Source of the DNA: Nymphaea colorata
Taxonomy: Eukaryota
Reading direction: 5' to 3'
Length of the DNA stretch: 64,000 bases
Assembly (NCBI RefSeq): GCF_008831285.2
Contig: NC_045138.2
Span: forward strand, 3,844,001 to 3,908,000
Positions within the stretch are counted from its first letter, which is position 1; each line of letters starts with the position of its first letter. Both the position numbers and the translations under genes were made by a program. The notes beneath the pieces were generated by a model. That model saw nothing but the letters and a program-made list of their open reading frames with translations, had not been told where the DNA came from and made no database searches. Positions 50,898-64,000 of this stretch are shown here, piece after piece.

Positions 50898-51135
50898 ACT
50901 GTCACAAAAAACATGTATGGGTATTAAACGGCAAAGAAAACGATGGGTATAATACGACAAAGTTATATATCTTGGGAATAAAACGAAAAAAGTTCGACAA
51001 AATTTTAAAATATTTTAAACATTTAATACATCTTAAAAATTATAAAAAATAAAAAATGATAAAAACGTTTTTTAAAAAAAACGCGTTTTATTCCCGTTAT
51101 ACACGGTAGAGTTGTTTTTGGCATATAATACTACT
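50898..51135. mobile_element. Truncated MITE of the 19736 family
   Basis: actgtcacaaaaacatgtatgggtatt...gggtataatacgacaaagttatatatct parallels 19736-19830. Confidence 0.55.
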
Positions 51136-52004
51136 TTGGGGATCGTCGGCAGTCGATTCTAGCGATCGCGCGCTCCTCGGGTATGTGTTCTTCTCCTTCT
51201 TTGCTTGTCGCTTCGTAGGATGCTAAGGAGCATGGCGAGCCCTCTATTCCTTGTCAAAAGATCAGCCAAGGAAGGTTTTGGGAAGGAGGGAGACAGAACT
51301 TGCATATGATTTTTGAAGAGGCAATAATGCAATACCGACAAGGCCGCACTAGAAAGATTCACATGAGTAATTTTGGCATGGTTCATGACATGGGTGGAAG
51401 TAGGTGTGGGCATTGTGTTGGCAATGGCCCACACAGACGTAAAAGTTGTTCATATTCATATATTAGTATTCCTTAAAAATTTAAAATTTTATAACTAATG
51501 CTCTTCACCCGAAATGTTGTGGCTCCACTCGTTGCTCGTGGACTTATAAGCGAGTTCGTGTTTGGGATCTTTGTTAACGCATTTTTCAAATGGAAATGGA
51601 AGAGCCACCAATAAATATATATTTAAAGCCAACGCATAAATGATCATCACCGTTGAATATTAATAGAGACCAACATGCAACGTAATTCCTTACGACTCGT
51701 AAGGACTTGGTACCTACCACTTTTTCTTGTGTGCGCGCGCGTGTTTGACACTTGTTTATATGGTCCATTCACTGACATGTGGCGACCAGCCGGGGTATGA
51801 CATCATTGATTTTTTCTTTATATATAAAATCTGATAAAAGTGCAATAAAGAAGTCTACACGTCTTGCAGTGGTACTGTCACCCTCGATTCCAACATATCC
51901 CACGAACTTCACCATGAAATCATAGAGCCACGTTCTCCAGCTGTTTTTTTTGGTGCATTTCACCATAAAAGAGGAGTTCATGCATGGTCCGTCGTTGACG
52001 TTAC

Positions 52005-52222
52005 TTTTTTTTATTATTATTATTATTTAGGGGTGAGCCGTTCATTGCCACCACCCCTAAGAGAGGCCTTCGGTCCCCCCTCTGTGCTCACCCCCCAGGG
52101 TTTTCACAGAGCTGCGTTGGACCAGGAGTAGCGTGCGTTGGAACATGACACTCCACAGATTCGAACAAGAGACGTTACTTCACTGTTGTCCCTTTCAATG
52201 CATTTTTACCAGCAGAGTTCCA
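52005..52222 (-). mobile_element. Putative tRNA-derived SINE
   Basis: Minus strand shows an A-box-like GGAACTCTGCTGGTA, a B-box GTTCGAATC about 45 nt downstream, a GC-rich body and a (TAA)n-poly(A) tail. Confidence 0.5.
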
Positions 52223-52856
52223 AGTTAACATCAGGTGGCCCATATTCTAGTGGCATTCATCATGAAACCATTCTAGACCATGCACCTACCAGTCGGATGC
52301 ATTGCACTCGACCGCATCGTCATTATTCAATTGCTTGGCGCAGGCGCTTCTTACTAGATTGGGCCATGCCTAACCCTATGACATGCTTGATTTAATAGGA
52401 ATCAAAAATTTCTAGAATTAGAGAATTAAAGCCTCCATGACATGTTTCGAGAAAAAATTCTAAAATTCTAAAATTATAATTCCACTTCCAAAGTGGAATC
52501 ATAATTCTGAATTTTTTTTATGAGTCTATTATTTCCTTCTTTGATAATGCAATTCTCATTTTTTTTGTCTGAATTCAAACCCTTGGTCCCAAATTTAGAT
52601 CCCATTCCATGTTTCCATCTCAGCCCAGATCTAAATCTAACATTCAGATCCAAATCTGAATTTTATATCCAAATTATAGATCCAAATCCAAATGTATTAG
52701 TCTAGATCCATTCTAAGATTTTGATCTAGATCCAGATCCAAATTAGGTATGGTTTGCAGGGAATTAAAGGGTCGGTGCTGGGTATGGGCGGGATAGGATA
52801 GATGAAAAGCTGGATTGATGACGAGCGTGAGTCACCTTCAAGCTTGATCATTGAAG

Positions 52857-53274
52857 CATAGTTACAAATAAATTTTTGGAGTTTTAAACGGTGAGATTTT
52901 TCTTATTTTTGGAGTTTTAAACGGTGAGATTTTTCTCGGGCTTAAAAAAGACAACAAAAATACGAGAAAAATATGGTAAATTTTTAAAAATTTAAAAAAA
53001 CTAAAACTGGAAAAAAAAAGTGAGAAACTAATAACATAAACATCAAAAGATAAGATTTGTAACAAATAAAAAATGAAAAATGAAAAAAAAACTGTTTGAC
53101 ATTAAGCAAAATGAAAAAAGAAAAAGCTGAAAAAATGCGATTTTTTTTTTTGTTTTTAATGCCTTTTTCAAGAAAGTGTGTTTTCTTTAAAGTTTTAAAC
53201 AGCTGGTTATTTTATCGCATTTTTTTCACATTTTTGTCGAAAGAAAACGTTTTTGACTGTTTTCTGTGACTATG
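52857..53274. mobile_element. hAT-type MITE
   Basis: TIR catagttaca/tgtgactatg. Flanks share attgaag. Inverted relative of 2664-3215. Confidence 0.7.
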
Positions 53275-53603
53275 ATTGAAGAATTCATTCCCGCCAACGG
53301 TGGTTCGAACCACCAAGTGGACCTAAGCTAATCTCGGTGGATGCCACCGGCAGGTCAAGGCAGTCGTTGACTCGTACCGTTACCTTACATAGGCACAGCC
53401 AACCGCCTCCTTGGGACTGTTTGGTGTGCAAGCAAAGGGAACGGCATCTGTTTGGGGGACTCGAAATCGAGCATGTTCTATCCAATTACACAAACTAAAA
53501 AAGTAATCGGAATTTGATAATAAAAACGATTACTAACCATAAAACCAGTATTGGCTTTTTGTGATCTATCGCTTGACTGTTTCTATTTTTTCTCAACGTA
53601 CAG

Positions 53604-53785
53604 GTGTTTGGCTCCTGCATTGCCACTTTGAACGCCATTTTACGTGGGGGATGGCAACGGTATTTATTGTGAAGAATGGTCCTACAAATGAGAACAGCAT
53701 GTTGCCTCCACCTCCGTATATGCCCAAGTGCTCAGATGCGGAGATTATTGACAACAGTGGCGGTTATGACCCATCTGATCAGTGA
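53604..53785 (+). pseudogene. Orphan terminal exon of a plant laccase (multicopper oxidase)
   Basis: Acceptor tttttctcaacgtacag|GT followed by GVWLLHCHFERHFTWGMATVFIVKNG...MLPPPPYMPKC (L4 copper-ligand motif, axial Met). No upstream laccase exons are visible in the ORF track. Confidence 0.8.
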
Positions 53786-54242
53786 AATTAAGGACATGAC
53801 ACCTGTAATCTTGAAATATTTTATCTAAAACTAAGGGTGCCTAGTCTTAGTAATAAATGGTTACAGACCTTGTTAGGATACAGCTTTTCATGTGGGAGTT
53901 AATTTTTCCCCCTCAAGGCAGTAAAAAGCTTAAAGGTTTTGCTAACCAGAATCTGCCAACATGTGGCAATTGGCAAGTTATATGGCCGCATTTTTCATTG
54001 CGAACCTACATGAAAAGATATGCACTTCGGGTGAGCGGGATGACCCGCCGACCAAGAGAGGTTGAAGCCCTCACTCAACCTCTTATCCCCTTAGGGTACA
54101 GGGTCTACATTTCGTGCCTCAAGGTGCCTCCCTTGCCATGCTCCAACTTATAGGCTAATCAAAAGATACATGCTTCATGATGAGTAGTTCTTTTGTAGTA
54201 TATCAGAAAACAAGAAACATCATCTTGCTATTTATCTATGTC

Positions 54243-56888
54243 ACATGGGTGCGGGTACAATACGGTTGCGGATACGGGTGCCGATATGGCAAGTTTCACA
54301 ATTTCGAGATACGCGGATACGACAAATATAATATTCTCAAAAGATTATAAATTGAAAAAAAAATAAACAAAAGATTTTTATCACAAAACATTGTTTATCA
54401 ATATCATGATTATCATCATTCTACTCATTGTCAATGCCCACATCGTCCTCAGACACATCTTTTTCATCCACAGTTTCACATGTTGATGGAATAGAAGTTC
54501 TTCGAATCTTGAATTAACAACTTCAAGTTCATTGTCGTCTTCTAAGTTAAAGACCTCAACATTCACGTCCCAAGATTTAGTTTCTCCTTCCCTAAAGGAC
54601 AAAAAAAAATAATTGTAATTATTATGATATTAGCTAATAATAACTCAGAAGAGAAACGTCTAAATCGATAAATTATATACTTATTTACCTGTATTCTTTT
54701 TTGCTTCGTGATAGAAGTCGAAGGTTAGAATGCACATAAACCAAATCTTTCGCACGTTTGCTTGTGAGATTATTTCGTTTGATAGTATGGATTTGTGAAT
54801 ATATACTCCAATTTCTCTCACGGCATGAAGATGTAGCAGGTTGAACTAGTAATATGAAAGCAAGGTATTGAAGAGTAGGAGAAGTAAATCCATGTTTAAT
54901 CCACCAAGATATAGATGGATAATCATCTTTATCTGCAGTTGCACATACATCTTCTCCAATTCCAGTAGTAAACCTTTCAAACTCATCATTAGCTTGACGA
55001 TTTTGATGTATTGGGGTTCTTCCAATACCCTCAACAAGCCACTTTTTTCCATAATATTTAAGATTTAATGTATGTGTCATGCATTGAAGATGATTGCTAC
55101 TTTTATCCCATCTTGCAATCAATATTTTATGCACATGATAAAAAAATGTTGAATCTTCAAGTGGCAATATTTTTTTCTCATGCTTAAAAATGACGCCTTG
55201 AATTTTTTCAATCATTGTGTCCCACATCTCATAAACACAGTGCAATATTGAATTATCACAATCAAGAACTCTCAACATCGCCCAAATAGGCTATGTGAAC
55301 GCAAGAAAATAAATGATTTTATCCCACCACTTGTCTTCAAGAATCAGTCTTTTGAGTGCTTAAGCATTGTCATCATCATCAGCATGATAAAAATTCCAAT
55401 CATCATCAGTCACCATACTGATCAATGCACTTTTAACCATTTTTATCTTTTTGACCATAACAATTAAGGATGCAAAATGTGTCTATGCAACTCTTAACAA
55501 TTTTAGATTAGAATGTTTGTTATAAATGGAAAGTGCACGTTGATGATTTACTATGAAATTTCTAATGTTCCTCACATCTTTTTCTGAGTCTTCAATCCAT
55601 GAACATAATTCATAAGCTTGAGGGTCTTGCTCTTTACTTGGTGGATTGCATATACTCTTTAGAGCCAAATTTAAGTTGTGGATTGCACAAGGAGTCCAAA
55701 ACATATGAGGGTACTTATGTTCTATTGCAATTCCAACTGCTCTACATACAAGTGCATTGTCTGTTATTATTTGAACAACCTTATCTTTTCTCACTTCTTC
55801 AATCATTTCCATAAACAATCATTTCAAATATTCAGCAATTTATTATTCACCAGATGCATCTATTGTTTTTAAGAAAATTGGTCTATTTGCTAAAGTTGCA
55901 ATGAAATTAATAAGAGAGCATCTATAAGAAAATTGGTGAATTTGTTAAAGTTGCAATGAAATTAATAAGAGGGCACCTTTGCAAATCTGTCCAGCCATCA
56001 GAAACAATAGAAACTCCACGTCGCTCCTAAGTTACCTTTGGATACTCTAACAATTAATTCACTTGAGCCTTTTGTTGTTCTAGTAGTACAGTACGAAGCC
56101 TTTCAAAACTAGGGGGAACATAACCAGACAAGTTAGAATTTACAATAAATGTAACTAAATCTCTCCAAAATGGACTTCTAGCTACATTAAATGGTGTACA
56201 ATTAGCATAAAATATAGTATATAGTATAGAAATTAAACTATAATTTCTAAGTGTCATACAACACTACAACAGCAAGCGTGATGGGTTGTTCGTTGATCTT
56301 CGTGATGGACCTGATGGTTTGTTGACTAACTTGACTTTTTATATCACCAAAATTTAAAGGACCATCTCTGTTATGGCCCATGTCGAACCAGTAGATTCAG
56401 CAGTAGAACCACTGAACTGTTGGAAAATCGATTAGCACTGAATGATGCAAGCAGCGGATAGATTAGCAAGATCACCGCCTGCAGAAGATACAAGCTTTTG
56501 AAATGCACTTAAAATTGGAATTTCTCAGCAATAAGTGCTTCTTGTCAAATTACAAGTGTCTAAAAGAGCATCATCAGTTTTATCTATGGTTATTTAGAGA
56601 GTTACCAACGAAGATCAACGAACAACCCATCACACATCACGCATCATGCAACAAAAAGTTAATGAGTTACAAAATCTGAAACCTTAAAAAACCCCAAAAT
56701 GAAGAACACAGTTAAACTTGACAAGAAAAAAAACCCACTTACCTGTCCGTCGCCGATTGCTGCCGGCAACGACCGGACGTCGCCGAAAGTCGTCACTGCC
56801 ACCCGCCATCGCTCGTCAGGTGAAGGTCAGCCGTCAGGTGAAAAGGAAGAAGGTTTGGGTGGAAAAGGAAGAAGGCCGGGCTAATCCC
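54243..56888 (-). mobile_element. Degenerate hAT transposon (copy 2)
   Basis: ORF pieces 56054-56257 (FYANCTPFNVA), 55483-55818 (VVQIITDNA...WTPCAIH) and 54685-55278 (SSCRERNWS...DLVYVHSNLRLL). Subterminal gatacg repeats at 54243-54325. The other end is lost at a (TA)n tract. Confidence 0.9.
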
Positions 56889-56962
<74 letters not shown>

Positions 56963-57549
56963 GCATATTGTAGGGCAGCTCGGGTTTGGCATGGTCCCTA
57001 CCAATTTGTCGCCAATAAGTACTTCTTTGATAGGAAAGCGTACTGCTAAATAGATTTTTATCGTTTGTAGAAGTTGTCTTTGTGAGATATCTAGAGATTG
57101 GGTTACATAAGTGAGTGGAAGCAACCCGGACATGAATAGAAGACCTCCCCCTTCATTAAGGGTTGCTTCAGGATTTGAGTGAATCTATGGTACACATGTC
57201 TACTAGAGTGTTTCACCTACCAAAAAGAAAGCCATGGATTAGCAGCAAAGCTGTGGGAAAATGATTACACAATAAGTTCGGTCTTCTGCAGACTGCGAAC
57301 AGTAATGTGGATGAAGAAGACGCTGGCCCTTCTCCACCACTTAAAGATAACTACTTTACTCTCCAATATGACAAGGGGATCCCTGAACCACCAAGCAAAG
57401 TATAAAAAGTAATGCACACTCCCATCAAATCTATGCTAGAAAAGATGACGACGGGTTTGGGTGATGACATGGAGCTATGTGCCAATGCCAACAAGATGAA
57501 TTCATCTACTCCTCCTGGTTTCACTCCTAAGAAAAATAGAGAGGTTCAC

Positions 57550-60500
57550 TTGAAAATCCCCTTTGATTGAAACTCCAAGATGATGCCTCCAAGAGAGTTG
57601 TAACTTGCTCCAAGTTGGAGAGGGAAATGGAGAGAAGAAGAGCAAGAAAGAGAGAGAGCTCAAGAGAAATTCTAAGTCTTCAAGTGAGAATACACTAGAG
57701 TTTCTCCCAAGGGCCAATCTTGCCCAAGATGTGGGATATCAGGGGTATTTATATAGGATTTTGGAGCCAAAACCCAAAATTTGAATTTTTTGACCAAAAA
57801 AAACTAAAATCACCCTTTAAAAGGAGATTTTTTTGGTCAAAAGGAAGGGCAAATCGGTCTTGTCCACCTAAAAAGATTAAAATTACCTTTTAAAAGGAAG
57901 TTTTTTGGTCAAAATGAAGCGCAAATGGGTCTTGTCCACCCAAAAAGACTAAAATTACCCTCTAAAATGAGGTCTTTTATAAAAAAAGAGGGGCAAATTG
58001 GTTTTGTTTACCAAAAAGACCAAAATTACCCTCTAAAAGGAGGTTTTTTGATAAAAAAGAAGGGCGAATTGGTCTTGTCTACCCAAAAAGACTAAAATTA
58101 CCCTTTAAAAGGAGGTTTTTTGGTCAAAAGAAATGGCAAATTAGTCTTATCCACCCAAAAAGACTAAAATTACCCTCTAAAAGGAGGTTTTTTATAAAAA
58201 AAGAGGGGCAAATTGGTCTTGTTTACCAAAAAGACCAAAATCACCCTCTAAAAGGAGGCCTTTTTGTTAAAAGGAATGGCAAATGGTTCTCAAATGTTTG
58301 ATTTGGATTTGAACTTGGGTTTTTGGATCTAATTTGAATTTGGATTGTGTCTTTAGACCAATTTAGATCCAAAAATTAGGTTTTGTGTTTTTAATAAAAG
58401 AGGGCATTATTTTTTTAAAAAAAATTTGGGGTGATTATAGATGCCCCTCTTTGTTACTGAACCGGTGCTAACCGTGCTTAGTGACAAAGATAAGCACCAC
58501 AAATTTTTCAAACAAAACATTTTTGGAGAGATGTTTCAGGCTTAACCCCTTACCTGAATGGGTTGTTTGAGCTTATATTGCAGGTTTAACCCCTTTCCTG
58601 CATGGGTTTGCCAATATTGAATACAGGTTTAACCCCCTGAAATGGGTTGCCTTGGCTCGCATTGCAAGTTTAAACCCTTACCTGTGTGCATTGCGTTAGC
58701 ATGCAGGTTCAAAAGCTTACTAGTGTGGGCTGCATTGACTTGTAGTGCAGGTTTAACCCCTTTACCTACATGGGTTGCTTTGGCTTGCAGTGCAGGTTTA
58801 ACCCCTTTACCTGCGTGGGTTGTTTTGGCTTGCATTGCAGGTTTAACCCCTTGCCTGCGTGGGTTGCTCTTTGGTCCATAGTTTCAGGTTTAACCCCTTT
58901 CCTGAATGGGTTGCAAAAAAACAAGTGGCAATGACAGGAAATAACCTTCATCACCTCGAACACCTTTGTTGAAGCAATGGCTGAGACCCTATTGTTCCTT
59001 CATTGGTTGTGACAAGAAAATTTCCTATCACCTTGAGTGCCTTTTGGTGAAATTTTTGTTTTCACCCAAGGCTAGATTTTGAACTTGTTAAAATTCCCCA
59101 AACTAGCGTTTGGGTTGAGCTAGATTTGAAAAAGCCCTTAGCCAAACGGCCAAGTTGTGCTTGCTCCATAAAAATCTCTTGTCTAGTGACATGGTTGAGC
59201 TAGCTTTTAGAAAGCTTCGAGCCTAGCGGCCGGATTGTGCTTGATCAAATCTTTACCTTAACAACTGCTTGATTTGATTGGGATATGATCTCTTTTTCTA
59301 TGGACAATGATAATTGTTCATGAAAAATATTTGTCGCAAAAGATATTTAGAAATATCCTTGAAATATTAAAAAAAATGTCCCAGTATTAACAATTTCCAT
59401 GATTGATAGGATCTTATTCAAAATAGAATGCTGGGTAGAAGATAAAAGGTTGATGTCTTGGATTGAGACTGAGGCGAAGAAAGTAATGAAAATTGCCTCA
59501 ATCAAATAAAGTATGAACAAAATTTTAAAAATGAGGTATATGTTCCCTTAACATGGAAATGAGGGTGCAAGGTAATGACATATATATGAACTTTGGTATG
59601 CAAGAATTTGTGTTTTGTCTTGAGGTGAAGAAATTGAGACAAAGCTTGTAGGAGAGAAATTTGTTATAAGAATATGATCGGTAGATGATAATTTTCATAG
59701 CGAGATATCAAGTTGATAATATAGGAAAATGGAACATCTCAATTTCGAAATAATTAAATCTCAAGTAGAGTATATATATATGAGGTTTGACTCAAGAAGA
59801 TATAGATTGAACCAAGGTGAATGAATGAGTCAAAAATTAGATGTCCAACGATTGAAAATAGAATGTAATCAGAGCATCAGTAAAAATCTTGGAGTAAATG
59901 ATGACCTAATAAAATCATGGAAGTAAAAAAATGGTAGAAAGACACACCATATGTTTTGAAGCCAAAAACTTATTGTGCTAAATATAAGTGTGGAAACAAA
60001 AAAATGTATGGCCCGAGTCAAGCACATGTTGATCACTGACTGAGATTGAGGCGGAGACACTAATGGAAGTTACCTCAATAGAATGAATAGACAAAATTAG
60101 ATAAAGAAAAGTGATATGTAAGTGTGAAAGGTAATATCACATGTCTGAGCTTCAACATAAAACAATTTTGACATGCAATTGGGAGAAAGCTTGTATAAAA
60201 GAAATATATTGTAGAAATATGCTCGGTAAATAGTGATTCTCGTAGAAAGATATCAAGTTGATAATAGAGGAAGATAAAGAGAATTATGAGCAATTTATCA
60301 ATACATGATGTTTCATTCATGCATGTCTAACAATTGAAAATAGAGTATAATCGAGTAAAGCAAAAATTGGCATTCAATTTGGAATAAAATAATAGCCCAA
60401 TGAAATCTTGAAAGTAATAAAATAAGGAGAAAGATATACTATGGGTGTTGATGCTAGAAAATTGTCAAGCAGAGTCACGCTTAAGAATGTAATTCCAGAC

Positions 60501-63174
60501 AAATAACTGATGGATTGACAAAGAGCAATCGATGTCCCAACTTATGGAGTAGTAAAATACAAAGAATTACACCCTATGAGTATTAAGGATAAGAAAAAGA
60601 ATGTATGACCTAAGCCAACCAAAGTTGGTAATTGAGTTAGAAAACATGAGAAACATGAGGTAAGACAAATAAATGAGAGATTGACAAAGTATGATGAAAT
60701 GTACATTTTAAAGCAATTCAAAAAGATGGACTTGTCAAAGAATAATTGATGACCCATGGAAAGAAAGACACACTATGTGCATTGAAGCTAGAAAGTTATG
60801 AGGAAAAAAAAATAATGCATGACTTGAGGCAAGTGAGTTGATAATTGGGCCAATAGGTGGCCATCATGTTCAAGAATATGAAGTCAGACAAATAAATAAG
60901 GGATAGACAATGTAAAATGTAGATTTTGAAGCAACTCTAGAGAAGTAGACTTGCCAAGGAATAGTTGATGATCCAATGAAATTATGAAAATAATAAAATG
61001 TGAGGAAAGACACATCATAGGTATTGAAACTTGGAAAATATTTGGCTAAAATGAGAGCAAAAGAATGCATGACCTAAGTCAAGCAAAGTTCGTAATTGAG
61101 CCAATAACTGGCTATCATGTTTAAAATGAAGTTGGACAAATGAATAGATGAGAGATTGAAAATGTAGGTCTTGAAGTGATTCAGAAAAACAGATGACAAT
61201 ATTTGAAAAAAACAATGTCATTTAGGTAGTAGGGGTAAAGCATGAGCTTATGGTGTGATCATGTTGAAAATTATATAGAGATGATCGAAGAAGACATTAA
61301 TTTAAATAAAAAAAATAGAATGTACAATTATTCAATTGATCAAAGATTGTATGGAAGACACACATGCAATCATCATACAATGATAAACATCCAACATTTT
61401 TTAAAGTCACCTTTATCATGCATATATTTGGAAAAGGAGCATAGGACCCTAATTGAATTGGGTTTGATTGAGTATAATTATTTCATATAAGATATGCCAA
61501 TATACCTTAGCCAAGAGGCTTAGTACGAGCATAGACTTCTTCATTTGGCAACTAAGGGTAAGGTTTATCAACTTCTTCCTGAACACTCGTTGATATACCA
61601 CAAATTACCACTCATGGTACTAATGAGGGAGTTTTCCCGCCCAAGGTGTGGTCTAGTTGTAAAGCTTAATCTTGTGCTACCGCCTAAGACTAAGCCCGAC
61701 AACACGATGACCGGGACAAAATAGGTATCAAAAATTTTAAAATATGAGAAATCATGTAAAATGAGTTGTCTCTAATGCACTGTTACCTAAGATGATGATT
61801 AAAATAAGAAGAACAACAAACATTGTCTTCAAACAACTCTTAAATTAAGGAGGGTTGTATTTGATACTAAATCTAGGTGAACATGATTAATCCTCCTCAA
61901 TTAGTCTTATTTGAATGAAAGAAAGCACAATCACCAAGCAATGCAATGAAGTGCCAATGGGGTCAATGTCAAAATAGGGGACATGCTTTATCATTGGCAA
62001 TATGTGGGATGTTCAAGATAGTAAAATGCATCAATTATAATCATAGCCAAATGATGACGGGTCCCATCACGGTCGCCATCTGTTTGCATCCCAAAATTTT
62101 CATTGGTTTTGGAGTGATTTAGAAAAATGAGGTTTTTGTTTTGAAAGAGAAAAGAAAGGGACTTGCCCGTCGGTACGAGGATCGACCGTTCCCAGCACCT
62201 TTACCGGGGGTAATCAACCCAAGGACTATGTTTATCATTGATGCATTTCGTTTTAACTTAAACATCTTATTGATTCTATATGCGGTGTAGAAAATATTGA
62301 AAATTTGAAGTTTCAAACTTTTGAAAAAGTTCTTGAAGTATTGCTTGAAAATGTGAAATGTTTTAAGGAAAAAGTGAAACTAGTAAATATCATTTGAAAA
62401 ACTTGTGAAATCATTTTCAAATCACTTTAGTGTTCTCTTAAGACTTTAAGTAGGTTTGAGATTTTGCTCTAATTTGGTTACCACCTATCTAGAGCTCATC
62501 CCTTCTTGTTTAAGTTCTTTTGGAGAGGTGCTTGTGATCATAAATGAAATAAAGTTGGTGAGAATGCATAAATGCATTTACCCTATATGATTGAAAGAAT
62601 GTAAAACATTTCTACCACAACATTCATCTAAAGTCATTCCTACCACAACATACATCTAAGATTTCGTTGTTATAATTATTGTATATAAGAAGGAAAAGTT
62701 TTTTAAAATGGATAGAGATTGTAGACCATCAAGCATGATTCCAATATTGGGTCATTACTTGGTTTGTGGTCTTAATGAAGTCGGTAAATTAAAAATTAAA
62801 ATCTTAAATGGTAAGATATTGGAAGAATGAAAAAGATGAAGGACTACATCCAAAGAGGGATATCGAGAAAGAAAAAGATCTTGAAAATCATAAAATCACA
62901 TGTTTTGAAAAAGAAAGATATGTATTTGTATACATATATAAAAGCTTATGAAAATGATTATTATATCAAGTAGAGAAGAGAAGATCAGAAAGAGAGATTT
63001 TAAAATGGAATACACGTATATATATATATATATATATTATACGAGAGTTTATAAATGTATGTTAAATCATAGAAAGAGAAACAACAAATAAAGATATTTT
63101 TGTGCATGCATACGTATATAACATGTATATACGCATACGTTTTCATGAATATGAAAATTAAGGAATGATTTGAT
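57550..63174 (-). mobile_element. Non-coding Ogre/Tat-like LTR element, copy 2 (5' LTR cut by the gap)
   Basis: Same PBS (gtcccatcacggtcgcca ~62061-62078), PPT (~58440-58453) and repeats as 32790-40218. Confidence 0.72.
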
Positions 63175-63274
63175 NNNNNNNNNNNNNNNNNNNNNNNNNN
63201 NNNNNNNNNNNNNNNNNNNNNNNNNNNNNNNNNNNNNNNNNNNNNNNNNNNNNNNNNNNNNNNNNNNNNNNNNN
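63175..63274. other. Assembly gap (100 N)
   Basis: N run. Comparison with copy A suggests about 2.7 kb is missing. Confidence 1.
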
Positions 63275-63652
63275 AGAGAGAGTGGTAACTCTCGGTTGTG
63301 GGACTCATCCAGCCATCTAACCAATCCATCATTAAGGATTGCTGAGAAAAAAACAAAGAAGCACACTCTCCAACTTCAGACACATTTGCTGACAACAGTT
63401 GCAATCTATTGATTTTTACGCATTTTCTCTACTTTTGGACACGGAAAACATAACATAAGAAATTTGTAAGATCCAAATCGAACAAGGGAGAGAGAGAAAA
63501 GAGCAGATGAAATGCGAAAATTCATATTTAACCAAACAATAGTTACAACCTGTCTTCAATTTTAAACACCACACACATTTCAGACAATTAAAATGAACTA
63601 AAAAATTTCAGGAACGTGATATAACAGCACCTCAAAATGATACAACAGCACC

Positions 63653-64000
63653 TCAAGCCCTTTCTGTTTCTATGTGTAACCTGTCCTCAAGAGAGTCCCT
63701 TAATTCTTGCGGCAGATCGACTGCGGGGCAGCAGGAAACAACTAGGTCTTCAAGATTCAAGAGGCAAGCAAGCTGTTCCTTTGCATCCGTGGGACTTGTT
63801 GTGGCTACTGCATCATTTTGTAGGGAAGTAGTATTATTGATGTCCACCAGGGACTTGAGATTGGGAAAGTCATAAAGCTCCAGACGCACCAGTTCTTGTA
63901 GACACTGCCAGTGGCCTCCCAAGCTGATCTCCTCAGTGAAACCTTGCAGGCCTAATGAATCTAGTTGGGAGAGACCCCACACCCACTCAGGCACCCTTCC
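63653..64000 (-). CDS. 3' end of a second NLR copy (LRR C-terminus), continuing beyond the window
   Basis: The translation PEWVWGLSQLD...HIETERA* is identical to the C-terminus of 41522-43708. Confidence 0.88.
   Translation of the reverse strand, partial: GRVPEWVWGLSQLDSLGLQGFTEEISLGGHWQCLQELVRLELYDFPNLKSLVDINNTTSLQNDAVATTSPTDAKEQLACLLNLEDLVVSCCPAVDLPQELRDSLEDRLHIETERA

Larger units (their letters stand above)
54748..64000 (+). repeat. Segmental duplication copy B (runs past the window end)
   Basis: Near-identical to 30003-41869. The gap 63175-63274 stands in for 38445-41143. Confidence 0.95.

Overview
Repeat-rich angiosperm nuclear DNA with two 100-N assembly gaps (29903-30002, 63175-63274). 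One apparently intact protein gene is present: a 12-exon ABC1K/UbiB atypical kinase on the minus strand (7518-29822, about 534 aa, resembling At2g40090 as recalled from memory). Its introns are swollen by a full-length Ty3/gypsy chromovirus with a triplicated integrase segment, a hAT transposon, Copia remnants and MITEs. The right half holds a 5'-truncated NLR ORF (winged-helix plus LRR, 728 aa) whose ATG comes from a MITE fragment, an orphan laccase terminal exon, a degenerate hAT and a large non-coding Ogre/Tat-like LTR element. A near-identical block (30.0-41.9 kb versus 54.7-64.0 kb) is either a recent tandem duplication or a haplotype/assembly duplicate. All calls were made by eye from the sequence and the ORF track. 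No searches were run, and I cannot confidently claim a novel system.
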